In this document: positions 12,929-26,221 of the stretch, in pieces
Layout: each line of letters opens with the position of its first letter
Position numbering within the stretch: position 1 is the stretch's first letter
Source of the DNA: Selaginella moellendorffii
Lineage: Eukaryota; Plantae; Lycopodiophyta
Length of the DNA stretch: 64,000 nucleotides
NCBI RefSeq assembly: GCF_000143415.4
Contig: NW_003314261.1
Coordinates: 5,482,360-5,546,359, forward strand
Direction of reading: 5' to 3'
Notes under the pieces: generated by a model
The model's database searches: none
What the model was told of the DNA's origin: nothing
The model's input: the letters and a program-made list of their open reading frames with translations, nothing else
Translations under genes and position numbers: made by a program

Positions 12929-15900
12929 GGGGGGCTATGGGGGGTTCCAATAGTAGGGATAGTGGGTAGGTTAGGCATGGCTGACTAACCTGAGGCATAG
13001 TCTAGCTCCTGCTTGCGTGCCTATTCTTGTTCTGCATCTGGCTTAGGTCTAAGCCCAAGTACCATTCCATGCTAGCTGGTGGAGTACCCATATCCTTGCG
13101 TTAGGCCATCGGTATGCCAAAATAGCGCCAGACTCTGTTTGGCTTTGTTTTGTGTGCTGGTCCTGGCATTGGGATTCTGGTTGCTCCAGGACTGTTCCAA
13201 GTTGCTCCGGGCTCCTATCCCTTCGCTCCTTGGGCTCTATGCTCGGGAGTTGCTATGTGATCTGGTTCCATCACTCTTTTGCTCCATGCTTGGGAGTTTG
13301 TCACCATTCCTTTGTTCAGCCCTGAACCTCAGGTTCCACACCACTGTCCTTTGGACATGTGGCATGTGACACGTGGCATTTGTCATGTGGCACAAAGAGG
13401 GTTTAGGTTCCGCTTCGTGGTGTTATCCTATGGTAAATCACCATAGGATAAAGGGTCAAACCATGTGCGCTACATTTGGTATCAGAGGATGAGTCTCAGC
13501 GAGTACTATTCAATGAGATTGGGCAACTAGTCTCGTTGCATACACAGAGATGAAAACAATGATCCAAGTGGGTACACATTTTGGGTGCAAAGACTTCGCA
13601 TTCGTTTCTTGGGTATGGATTTGGTTACCTTTTTGTACCGTAATAGCACGAGTTTGCGCTTGGACTCATGAGTGAGGCATATTAGCAACTCGAGGTTACA
13701 CTTTGAGTTGGCAGGATTAATGTTAGCCTGTCGTTGGTTTCATGAGTTGTTCCTTGTACCATGGGTGAAAGCAAACCTCCTTGGGTTTGCTATGGGTGGC
13801 AAATAGGCTGGTCCGTAGCTATTTAACACGGCACTAGTGGATCCTTCCCAAGAATGATTATGAGTGGATCAATCAAGACTGTAGGGATTAGTCTATTGGT
13901 TCAAGTAATCATTGCTGTGCTCTCTCATAAACTTTTCTTGGATTGAACTGAAGGCAGTGCTAATGCAAGCTTGAGGTTTAGTCAAAGATAAGACCGAAAA
14001 GAGAGTCGTCAGGGACAAAGGATCAAACACGTAAATCATCTTCTCTTCTGGAGAGATGGTTTGCAACGAGGTATTAACTCATTGCCGTGGTCACATTATG
14101 TAATCAAGAGTCCCTACTTTGATACATGTTGGAAATGATGGTCTTACAAGTGGTGAGTCATGGGATGGATAGTGGTGAAGCACTATCCCATTTTGTCTAG
14201 GCTTGCTATTGAAGATGTGGGTTGCAATGCTCAATTCTTTTCTGGGGAACCTTGCTATTGCTCCTTGAGTAGCTTGGTGTTGGATTAGTTTTGAGATTGG
14301 TCGGAAAGAGAGTGGCATGAACTTATTCGTGTTGTGAACAAAAGTTAGTGGTGTTGAGTGTTGTAAATCGCTATTGGTGGAGTGTGGCATTTATGTTACA
14401 TTTTGTCGAATCGAGTTGACACTTAATATTCACATAAACCTTTGTAGTAGTGACATAGGTGTTGCTCGTGGTGTTGCTCAATTGATGATCAAGTCATTGT
14501 GAGTTTATATCATATCCATGTGATAATGAGCAATGTGTTTACGAAGTTGCTTGGTTGAACGATAATCAACCCTAAAGTGGTTGATGGTGAAGTTAGTCTA
14601 CTTGCACGAAGTAGCATTGTAGTAGCTTTGACTGGATTCTCGTTGGTGGTCCATTATGCCAAACTTAAGTTGGTACCTTGTTTCCTTGAGTTTGCCCATT
14701 AAGGTGTTGGAAAAGGGTTGTAGCATTCATTTGGTATAGCTCATCAGTTGATCTGTTAGCACTTGGAGTAGATTGTTGAATGGAGAAATGTGTAGTTGGG
14801 GCATTGACATCACTAGCATTTGTGTTAGTGGAAGTGGCATTGTTGATTCGAGTGATGAGGAATTCTCTTTAGAACTTGATTTTCCATGTCATTTTTCTTG
14901 TTAAGTATTTTGCCTTCACATTGGATCTTGAAGATGGTTGAAGAAGAGTGTTAGTGCAATGTGGATATCTGGAGATGTGGTTTTCGTGATCAAGCCTTAA
15001 ACATTCATTTTGCATTTTACGGAAGTTTGTGTTGGATATCGGAAAAATGGGCAAAGATGTTCAATGCTTAAGCATGTTGTTGGATCAAGAGAATTTGTTA
15101 AGGTGAACCTATGTGAAGTTGTTTGTAGGAGAAAGTTGTTAAGTCTTGAAAGTTTGCAATCCTGGACTGAAAGTCATTCTTTCTCTAGGATGGAAAATTT
15201 TCCACAAATTTTCTTAAGCTTTTCCAATGGCTGATTTGTCGGTCACTTTGCTCAAAAACCAGTCTGTTTTCGAAAGCCATTACAAACTAGTGAAAGGGTT
15301 GAAGTTGACTTTGGTTGGCTTAAACCTTAGTAAGTAGTTTGTATAATGCGACCCAAAAGGGATGCTAACTTTTGGGGCTAAAACAATTGAGTTGGATAGA
15401 GTCTAGAGTTGGTGTAGAAAAGTGGCCGTTGCACTTTTCTAAGAAAGGTGATCCTTGTGCCTTTCTTCTATAGCATTTTGCTTGGTGGCAGGTTGTACCT
15501 TGCATTTTGTTAAACTCTATAAGAGTAGTGAGCTCTCACGGATCTTGATTTAGTCTTGGTGGCTCTGTGCCTTGGCTAAGGATGGTGATGTTCAGCTTAG
15601 TTGTTTAAGGTTGAGATGTGGTACCCGTTCTATAGTTTTGTCTATGAGGAGGTTGTGTACCAATGTGAGTTCATCTCATGGTCTTCACTTTAGTTTTGGC
15701 TAAGTGTTGATCATGCATAACTAGCCTCTTCAAGGCATGCTTAAAGCTGTTGGCTAGATGTGTTGGTGAGCTTATTGCGGTTGAGTTGGATTTGAGTAGT
15801 CATTTAGTTTGTGCCTGTCCATGAACTTTTATCTCGTATCTGGGGTATTACATTTATGTTGGACAAATATATAACTTGATGACATCAGTTTAGTGTTTGG

Positions 15901-18900
15901 GTCTTGTGAAGACAAGTTGAAGAGTGATTGTTGGTTGCTTTGCGGCTAGTGATTGCTCATAGACTTCGTCAAGGACTGTTTGACACTTGTTTCGCTCTAT
16001 GATGATTTAGCAGTGATAGACTTGCTTTACTGGATGGTGTTGTGGAGGATCGTATCATGGCTTGCATGGGTTTTCCATGTTGACATGTTGATTCCTTTGT
16101 CGATATCATTTGGCTGTGTTTAGTCCGTAGTGTCGGATTATGTTGAGTCTTGGATGTACTCCTTGATAATGTGTTATCTAAAACTAAGTATTACTGAAGG
16201 ATTGGTCTCAGATACTAACTAAGTATCTTCGACTTTGGTTAGCTTGGTTGCTAGAGAGTTTTCGGTGGTGATTCACTCTTGCTTTCTTCTAGTTTTAACC
16301 TAATGTTGATGGCATTGAAGTGATGCCTTGTCATGGACATTATTGATGTTGAGATTCGAATGAAATGAGATATCTCTCTGTAGGATTGATATTGAGTTTC
16401 ATTAGTCTTGATGAAGATAGTGTTGATGATTTGGCTGTAGCTTTGTGTTGTTAGCATTCATGTATTTGCTAGTTAGCAACTATGTTGACGTTCAAATGAA
16501 TTGAGTGGCAAGTTGAGTTAATTGTGGTTTTGATGAGATTGTTTAGTAGGGGATAAGTTTTAGCTTTTCCTTGAAACATAATTTAATCGTGGACTATACT
16601 AGCCTTACAAGAAAAAGAGTTAGTGATCGATATTGCAATGTTGAGTCCTTATTGGATTTGAGTTGGAATATATTGATCATTAATGATTTTTCTTGTGCTT
16701 GTTATAAAGTGAGTTACATCTTGCTGTAGATGGATTCATGGAGGATCGTTTAGTGATCACTTGTTGAGCATAGCTTCGTTTTTCTTAGCTTTTGGATTGA
16801 TGCAGATATGCTCTTCATTAGCTTTGGCATTATGAAGTTTGGCTTATGAATGTGTTGAGGAAGATATTGTGGGTTGCATCACGATTTCTTCTAACAAATG
16901 GAATAATAAGTACAAAACTCAAAGACTTGACTATAGGCTTCTTCGAGCTTTTGTTCTTTGAGTTTTGTACTTATTGTTCCATTTGTTAGAAGTTGTTGGG
17001 GAAGGCATTTTGGCTCCTAGCTTCGATGTTGAAGTTAGTATTAGCATCTAGCAATCATTGGTGATGATTAACTATAGTCTAGGATAGTTGATTATCCTTG
17101 TTAAAAAGGTTTTGCTTGATTATTGTTGGTATAGAATGATTTGCCGTTCTTCGGGATGGTGGATTCCTTCTTAGACGATGATTATGCATCTCTCTATTGA
17201 TAGGATGATTGATGATCTTTCATGATGGTTAGTTGTTCTTTTTGATAGCTTATGGCTTTTTGCAATACCACATGTTGTTTGTGGTTTGCTCTGGATTGGT
17301 CTCTTGGGTTTGAGACATCAGTAGGATGTTGCTGACACTTGCTAAAGTAACTTGGGTTCCTTTGTATTATTGACCGGGATCTATTCAGATTGGCTGGTGC
17401 AATGGTTGGCATGACTAAGTGTTTGTTGGTTCTACCACATTCATTATGTTTTGTTGATTGTTGCTTGAGTTAGTTTTGATTAATTAGAATGTTATTTTCT
17501 TTAGGTGATACATTCGCAAGTCTCTTGCTTGCCAGTTAATGATACTTTGTGTTCTTGAGTTCTCTTTGGTAAATTGTTTGGCATATTGTCTACCATCTTC
17601 GGTAGTTAAGTTTCATCATTGAGTTTTCTTGATAATATACTTGCTATTGAATTTTGTTGGACGGTCAATCCTATGTTTCCAAACTATAGTGATCTTGGTG
17701 GTTCCTATACTGTAATACTAGTTTATCGGATGATAACTTACTTGGAATACTTTTGTGTTCTAATCTAAGCTTTATTCACTGATAATTAAGTCTCTAAGAT
17801 ATCATTGTCTATGACTTTGATATTGTCCATCTATTGATCTTTGAGTTTGGGTATAGGCAGACTGGCTTCGGCACTTCATGTGCATGTTGAAATCTCTAGT
17901 CATAGGGTAGCTACTGTTGATTGGTCACATAACCTACCTCTCTGTCGATGTTCCTTTTTCGTTGAAAGGGTGTGACCGTGTAAACAACTCTAACTGCCTG
18001 TTTATAGTAGTCTATCTAAACCTTACCAACGGGTTTGGTTTCTTTGCTCAGGAGGGTTGGGGCCTTTAGCTTCTCTCACTATATTCCTACGGGCAGGGGT
18101 ATATCACACTTTTGTAAGCTAGGTGACTCCTAGAGTAGCAAGGGTGGCTAACTCTGTTGGTCATTTCCTTGTCGGTGACGGCCGGAAGGTGTCTGAGCTG
18201 GTAGCGCATTTGCATTAGACAAAGAGGTTGCCCCATAACTCATTTAAGTTGGTGTATTTCTCACATAGTGTGAGTACCGTAAACTTTTTCTGGTGTTGTT
18301 TCCTTGGCGGTATTCTAGACTCGAGTATGCATCGACGAGGACGTCGATCTTCCCAAGGGGGGGAGAGTGTCACGAATGTGACTTCGGGTATCGAAAGTTA
18401 CCTATCGGCCAGTCCTTACAGACACTCTTACCTTACTGCCACGATGGCAGGAGGTCGGTATTGTTAGTTCCCTTTATTAGTCCCTCTTATTCAAGTGTTA
18501 GTAAACTGGGCTTAGCATCTGTACTTGGCCGGATGAGCATAAGGAAGGAATTCCTAAGTGTTTATTTAGCTAAGCATACTCGGCCTGGCTTGTTAGTTAT
18601 CTTTTGCTCTATCTTGCACTGGCTTAACAAGAACCCTCGCATATTGAGACTAGTCCCTCAATATCGCTAGATAATAGCTTACCATGTCTGCCAAACGCCC
18701 TTGCTATCATGCCTTTTGTGTTAGTCTCATTTCGGTCCCAAATGCTATTTATGGAAAGTGTCTAGATTTCCTCATTTGGCATATCTACGGAATGTAGAGA
18801 TTGACCTGAACACAATGGTGTTCGTCCTGTGTCCAAATTCACAATCTAAAAACATTCCATATTTAATAAGTTTCAAGCTTGTCCCAGAGACTAACTCCTA

Positions 18901-19937
18901 GTACTAAGGGAGGCTTGGGGTGAAAGCCCAAAGCATGTGTTCCTCAAGGGGGGGGGGCTATAGGGGGTTCCAAATGTATAGTCGGGATAGTGGGTAGGTC
19001 GGGCATGGCCGACCAACCTGAGGCATAGTCTAACTCCCGCTTGCGTGTCTGTCTTTGTTCAGCGTCCAGCTTGGATCTAAGCCTAAGTTCCATTCCATGC
19101 TAGCTGGTGGAATACCCATATCCTTGCGTTAGGCCACCGGTATGCCGAAATAATGCCAGACTCTATTTGGCTTCGTTTTGCGTGTTCGTCTTGGCATTGG
19201 GATGTTGGTTACTCTAGGACTATTCCAAGTCACTCTGGGCTCCTGTCCCTTCGCTCCTTGGGCTCTATGCTTAGGAGTTGCTCTGTGGTCCGGTTCCATC
19301 ACTCCTTGGCTCCATGCTTGGGAGTTTGTCACTGTTCCTTCGTTCAGTGGCCCAAGGCCCTGAACCTCAGGTTCCACACCACTGTCCATTGAACACGTGG
19401 TATGTGACACGTGGCATCTATCACATGGCACAAAGAGGGTTTAGGTTCTGCTTTGTGGTGTTATCCTATGGTAAATCACCATAGGATAAAGGGTCAAAAC
19501 CACATGCACTACAATTAATCCCATTTTCATTAGGGTTTCTTTGGCAATATATTTTCATAAATTTAGCCAACTTGACCTCAAGGCATCTTCCCTTGAGTTA
19601 TTTAGTGTCTTCACACCATTGGCTCTATAGGCCTATCTTTATAACACATTCCGCTTGTGTCTATGTTTTTTTACTAAGACCATATTTATTATTTTTTATA
19701 CTAACTATTGGTTAACATTTCACCATCATATTTATACAACACTGTTTGTAAAAGTTATTTTCTTTCATGAACACCTTTTTATGACTTTAGTATGACACCT
19801 TCCACCATCAATAAAATACTTCTATTCTCATACTTAGATCTTATGATCCTTCCAATACATATATAGACATAACACACCTTACTCTAAATATGTTTTATCC
19901 ACACTTTCGGGACCATTCCTTGATTCCATTGAGTCAT

Positions 19938-20500
19938 TATCACGAATATGACTTTAGGTATTGAAAAATACTTGTCGGCTAGTCCTTACAGACACTCTCT
20001 CCATACTGTTATGACAACAAGAGGTCAGCATAATTGGTTCCCTTTATAATTCCTACTTGAGTTAGTTAAGAAACTAGTCATGTTTGTGTACTTAAATTGG
20101 ATAAATATAAAGTAGAAACAAACTCTTATGTGTTTCTTGCTAAGCATACTTAGCTTGGTTTAAGAAACTCATGTCATTGGCTTGCATTTGTTAGTATCAA
20201 AAACCCCTACAATATTAAGTCTAGTCCCTCAATATTGTTATATAGTAGCTTACCATATCCATCAAACACCCTTGCTATCATGTCCTATGTGTTGGTTTCG
20301 TTCTAATTCCATATGCTATTTATGGAAAAAGTCTAGAGGGGCTATAGAGGGTTCTAAATGCATAATAAGGATAGTGGTTGAAATACATATGTAACCACTC
20401 TATGCTACTATAATTAGTGGGGTACCCTCCTCTTCATGTTAGGCCACTAGTATGCCAAAATCATGTCAAATACTATTTACTATTTTGCATGCAAATGTTA
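19938..20500 (+). mobile_element. Decayed, internally deleted LTR related to family A
   Basis: TATCACGAATATGACTTTAGGTATTGAAA matches the LTR A start, and colinear blocks continue to TTAGGCCACTAGTATGCCAAAAT. Confidence 0.75.
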
Positions 20501-21282
20501 GATATAAGGAGTTAGTGCTTATAGGATTGAGTGTACTAAACCCTCGTTTTGTAATGCAACGAGCTTGGAGTTCGGTTTAAAATTTATGTGTGCTATAGTC
20601 ATCTAGCTTTTGGACTTTATAAGTCCAATAACTCATTAAGTCCTAGTCTTATGGCTACTTTTGAGGTATCACAATACTTGAATATAACTTCTTATATTTA
20701 TATCCCATTGACACTTGACTATTCTTTATTCCATATGAGCTATTTTTATCCTTTAGAACTATTTTTTCATATGATGAAAATATAACTCTTTAGGTTGTTT
20801 CACCATTTATTAAAAGTACTCTTAATTACTGTTTCAAGGACATATGTCCTCATCTGTATTTGACTTTCTACAATCATCAACTCTAGTCTTATATTCATAA
20901 GCACCATCCTCAATTATATAAACACAACCTTATAATGCCTTTATTATCTAGGAGTCTCTATCCTTTGAGTGATTTTATTTATAGTTATTCAACACAACCA
21001 CCTTGAAGCTAGTTTGCTAAGTCAAACATTTATATAGATCATATCCTCAACTCTTTGAGGAAAACTTTCTATTATTCATAAAATTCCAAAGTTGTTTCCT
21101 TATTAGCCTTTTTCTATCCATTATATTGCCTATAAATTCATATATAAACAAAAGAGGAGAGTCATGCTCTCCCAACATGCTACTCCTCAAGTATAACCCC
21201 ACTTCTAGGACCTTTATATGTCAAGATTTATGTATTTAACCACTAATAAGAGTTAGACTAAAGAACAACTTCATTACTAAGT

Positions 21283-21677
21283 TGTAAATGACTAAATTTT
21301 TCATTCTACTTTAGTTATTTAACCACGTGTTTAACCATTTGAAGGAGTCTCACTCACAACCTCCATAGAACCTCATTATAATTTAGATAACTTACTAACC
21401 CCCAATATGTTTTTATAACCATACCAACTTCACACTTGGTCCAAGTGCTCTATGTGTTAGGTCCCACTTTAGACACCTAAAGATACCTCTAATGTACAAG
21501 CCTCTTATGCTAAAGCTATACTTGTTTTCAATATCACATTAGTACTTGATACTACACTCTGAGATTAGGCAATCCATCTATAAATGGTTATCCCATTACA
21601 TTTTAGCATCTTTAAGATGCCCTAAGACATAAGGAACACCACCCCAATATCCCTTCCTTGATCCCCATTAAGTCCCT
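21283..21677 (-). mobile_element. Fragment of LTR family B (3' end), reverse orientation
   Basis: TGTAAATGACTAAATTTT... matches 608 onward and the reverse complement of ~9350-9766. Confidence 0.8.
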
Positions 21678-22627
21678 AGGGGTGGAAGGGAAATTTCACC
21701 TTTAAACGCTCATAAGTGATGGTTAATAAGAGTGGTGATTGGTGACCACCAGCATCTTCCACCTTACAAATAGTAATAACTTGCAAAACCAACTCTTAGT
21801 AGAAAGGGTAGTGTAGGTTATTGCTTCCATTGTGGAGAGGTAGGATATAAGTCCTTGGAATATCTTAACAAGTATAAGATAAAGTTTTGTGTTAATGTCA
21901 CGAGGGAAGATGATCGTGGCAAAATTGAAGGGGTTGATAAATTGGTTAATACAAACTATGAGGAAAACGAGCTGAGTTATTTTCCTTAAGCTTTTCTACA
22001 GTCAATATAAGCATTGATTCATTCATGTATCTCATATGGTTTGTCTGTGGACATTGAATTTAAGTGATGATCAACATAAAAGCTATACACAATGTGATAT
22101 TCAAAGACCTAATCAAGTTGTTAAGATTGAAAGCTGAGCAAATATCATCCATACACTTCTGATTTATAGGAGTAGCCAAAAAATGTGTGAGTGAGATTTT
22201 TTCAACAAATATATTAAAGGGATTTATGATGTTGGACAAAGTCACATCAACATTGAGGTTAAAATGTCATCTTGATAAAGTTGCAAAAGCGCTCCTCAAG
22301 GGATTGGGATGCTAAATTCTTAATTGTAAGACAAGCTTAAAAAGCAGTTAAAAAGGGATGTTGAACCTTTTGGGTTTTACTGATGGAAGTTGATAATAAT
22401 AATGATCAAGTTTGAATCAGTGATGGGTTTCATCTTGTACTAAGGGAAATTCTGGAGTTGTTGCTGAGGAATCAAGATATCTTTCCAACTAAACCCCCTT
22501 TTAGACTCTCTAGTGTTCATATCATCACTCATAAGTAAGATATGTAAGGACTTACTAAACCCCCTAGGATCTTGGAGACAATCACTTTAGAAGTTTTTCC
22601 AAGTCGGAGCTTTTCCAAGTTAAAATA

Positions 22628-22856
22628 TGTTACACTCATATAAGCTCATGAATTTGGACTTCTTGGGAGGTCACCCAACTTAGTATTATTTAAACTTAAG
22701 GACATTTAATTCCAAGTATCCCAAGACCCTTAACCAATTGGAAAAAATGATGCACTTTTATTTATAGGCCATTTCTTTCTATATTTTATTTTATATATAT
22801 AGGCTTTTCCTTCCTTCATAAATCATTTCTTAAATTGTTCCTTTTAGTTGCTTACA
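22628..22856 (-). mobile_element. Best-preserved 5S-bearing small LTR (Cassandra-like), 229 bp, TG..CA
   Basis: Termini TGTTAC..CTTACA. The reverse complement of 22656-22713 matches the plant 5S internal control region at about 40/58 positions without gaps; most mismatches are G>A/C>T. Confidence 0.75.
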
Positions 22857-25800
22857 ATTCAATAGACTTCTATCTTAGCCATTGCCTCATAAATCACCTT
22901 CGACTCCTCTTTGGGATTGAGGGATTTGTGCCTTACAATATTTTGATCAAGTCATCACTCATTGTTACTCTTGAGAGTATATAATCTCTAAATGTATAAA
23001 TATCATTTGATTATGTGATAGTCAATCCCTTCTAAACCTTAAATTTAGCATGGATTTATTCAACTTTTTATAGCCTTTCTAAACTCAATGTAGTGGTCAT
23101 TTGGGTAGACACTAATCCTCTTTGAATTTCTAATCATTCTCACCTTATTCTAATACCCTAAAAGAACTAAGTTATATAAAGTTGATTGTTTTATGAAGGT
23201 ATTTGTAAATCTGTACTAAGTTGTCCTTGCTCAGTTCTCAAAGCAAATGACAATCAGTATATAGGATATCAATTCTTCAAATAATAAAATTTATAAACTT
23301 ATTTATAATTATTATTGTTCTTTATACATTATATATTTAGTGCCCATTTACATATTCTCCTGAAAATGTTATTATTTATATTATAGTAAGGTTCATAACT
23401 TATAAGCATCATTAAATTTGGCTTATATGAAAAATATTTTCTATTTTGTAATGCATTCAATTGAAGCACAAATATAAATAGCTAGCTACCTATATTCCAG
23501 AGAGATTTTTCTTAATAAATAAATTATTTTATTGCATTGATGGTAAAACAAAAAAGGGTTGAGCCTTATTTACCAAGATTATAATAAATTTTAATTAAAT
23601 AGTTTATTGTAGCTATAATTTAATGTTTTTTAGCTTTGATTTATTAGAAAATATTAAATCTCCACTTTTATTATGGATTTGAAAATATTTTAGGGGTCTT
23701 TTAATGCTTTTAAAACTGTAAACTCTAAAGTGCTACTATCTACTTACTTAATTTCTTCATATCTTTACACTTGTGATGTTTCCAGCTCTACTATTCAAGT
23801 TTTATATTTGTTTAGTTTTTTAGAAGGCTAAGGAAATCCCTTTAACCATGGTATTTGATGGAGTTGAGTGCAAAACAAAGGTATGCAATCATATATTATA
23901 TGGAAAAAATCTTCTTCTATTGCATAAAAGACAATGAAAATTATTCTTAAACACTCTTCCTTACCCATCTCTACTTAAAGAGTTTGAGACCTCTAATAGA
24001 AGTATATAATTTCTCTTGTTTATCTGATTTTTTTTAAATGTTGACATAGGAGAAGAATCAGTCCAATCTCATAGAGGTTTAGTCAAAAATCTTTATGAGA
24101 AAAACCTTGATACAAAATTGTCTAGAATTGCCTATTCAGATGAAGCTTAAGAGCTATGATAAAACATCTCTTTTCTATTGTTGATAATAAAGATTATATT
24201 TGCATTATCATCTACAAACTCAATGATGCAATCATGAGTGTAACATTGACCAATGAACTAGCTTTTAATAAAAATAAATAAAAAAAGAAAAAAAGAATAA
24301 CAATATTGTCTATTAGGTATGATTCTAGGAATATTCTTAGATATACTCAATGATTATTCCATGTGTTTGGGGCAGAGAGGTTATTGAGATTATAATACAT
24401 TTTCCAATGGGATCTAGTCGTAGAGCTACTGGAAAATAGCTAGGATTGAGATCCAACACTAGAGCTACTATGAAATCCACTACACAGCTACAGGAAAAAA
24501 AAGTGGATTTTGTGAGGAAGCTTGCAGGCAATACATGTTCTCTAGAAGATGTACTACCATATAAATGGACTGTAAAATTATGGCATATAACTTGATTCAA
24601 TCCAATAGCTCTTAACAGCCTGATTGACTTAATGGGCAAGCTATTGCCTATTAAAAATGTGTAAAGGAGTCTTCTGAAGGCCACCATGAAGATCTAGTGC
24701 CAAAACCATTTGTAAAAAAGTCACTAAGATCATCAAAGAAGGTGAACTCACATTGAGCATCTATGATAAAGTACATGAAGCAAAAAAGAATTTCTGAAAA
24801 TGACAAGTCAGGACATTCAACACCCAGAAACTCCAAAACATAGTATTTCTTATGAACCATCATCACTCGAAGCCATTCTGGTATTGAGAGCTCTTTCTTT
24901 TCCTTTCTTTTTTTTCTTTTATGCACTCTCTCATTTTATTTTATTTTATTTATTTCATTTTTCTCTAAGAGGAGTAGCTTAAACTAGTTTATCCTAATAA
25001 GTTGTAAGATATGAGTTTTATAGATTACATTATTATTGTTTCAATCATTTTCTATAATATTGCCTGTAAATGCCACTTCTGGTTTTCTTTATGACACTAC
25101 AGTTGGGCTCAACATTTTTTCAACCATTCTATATTCAATTTACTCATCTAGATAATCCTTAAATATAATTAAAGTTTCAGCCAAAGATTCATTATCATCT
25201 ACCAAATTACAAAAGTAGATCATCACAGCAGTGTCGACTTAGCTGCAAGTTCAAACTTCTAGTGGCTGGTTGAGCCTTATATGACTAATTCCTCTCACCT
25301 TCCATTCATCCACAAGCAATATATCTCTCTTCTTCTTTCACTTGAATAAAATATTTACAGTGTAATGATATACATGTTTTAAGGCTTAGATCTAGGTTTA
25401 AGATATCTTAACTAATCTTTTCTTTTTTCCATTGCACTGGTTTGACCTTATAATTTTTCCCTTCTAGTTCCATACTTTGTTCCCATTACTTTTTTCATTT
25501 TCCTTTTCCATTTTATCTTTATCTCATCATCCATCCTTTGTCCTCTATTTACATGAGGTGGTAGGTTCTTGCTATGTCAAAGCTTGGACATCTACCTGAT
25601 GGAGTGAGGGTACAATTCTAAAGATATTCTTAGATATACTTGATGGATGGAGAGGTTATTTAATATAACACCTTTTCTAGAGGGATTTTCAGTGAGAGGT
25701 AGAGGTTTTCAAGGGGACCTTGAGTGTGCAAGAGATTCCCACACAACACACCTAATGCAAGAGCAATTGCATATCCAACAATTGTATAAAATCCTAAACA

Positions 25801-26221
25801 GGAAAGGACTAGAGTTACCACTCCTGCTTGGTCCAAGTTACAAGATTTGCAAATCTTAAATATGCTTAATAAATTTACCAATACACAAAATTAACAGAAC
25901 ATGGTTGCATAGAAGAAAGAGAAATAGAGACAAGGAAAACTAAACAAAAGATAACTTAAGAATTTCATGCAACTGAATGTACAAACATTGAATCCAAGAA
26001 AAATTCATGGAGCCAGAGCAGACCATTAGAAAAGAAGAATAAGAACAAGTATATTATATGTTTCAAATCGTGCTATGGTGGTACAGCTAGACTCGGGCAT
26101 ACACAACCCATTTAACAGGAATGTCTGTTGTTAGAGGAAAATCTTTTAGGCGATGTAAGAAATCTCTGCTGTATCCTGATCGTGCAGCAAAATCCAATTT
26201 ACCTCTCAATGGTCTTGGTTG

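Larger units (their letters stand above)
7469..19513 (+). mobile_element. Full-length non-autonomous LTR retrotransposon, family A (copia-like remnants)
   Basis: 5' LTR 7469-13474 (split by a nested element) and 3' LTR 18368-19513, both TG..CA. TSD ATTAA at 7464-7468 and 19514-19518. tRNA-iMet PBS TGGTATCAGAG at 13477-13487 and PPT AAGGGGGGGAGAG before 18368. The internal region has no long ORF, only faint remnants: FWVQRLRIRFLGMDL (gag-like), DSG (protease-like), GIAHQL (integrase-like). The superfamily call is tentative. Confidence 0.92.

Noticed and set aside
21690-26050. Further transposase relics (hAT- or CACTA-like hints such as HMVCLWTLNL)
   Set aside because: Too decayed to assign boundaries or family by eye.
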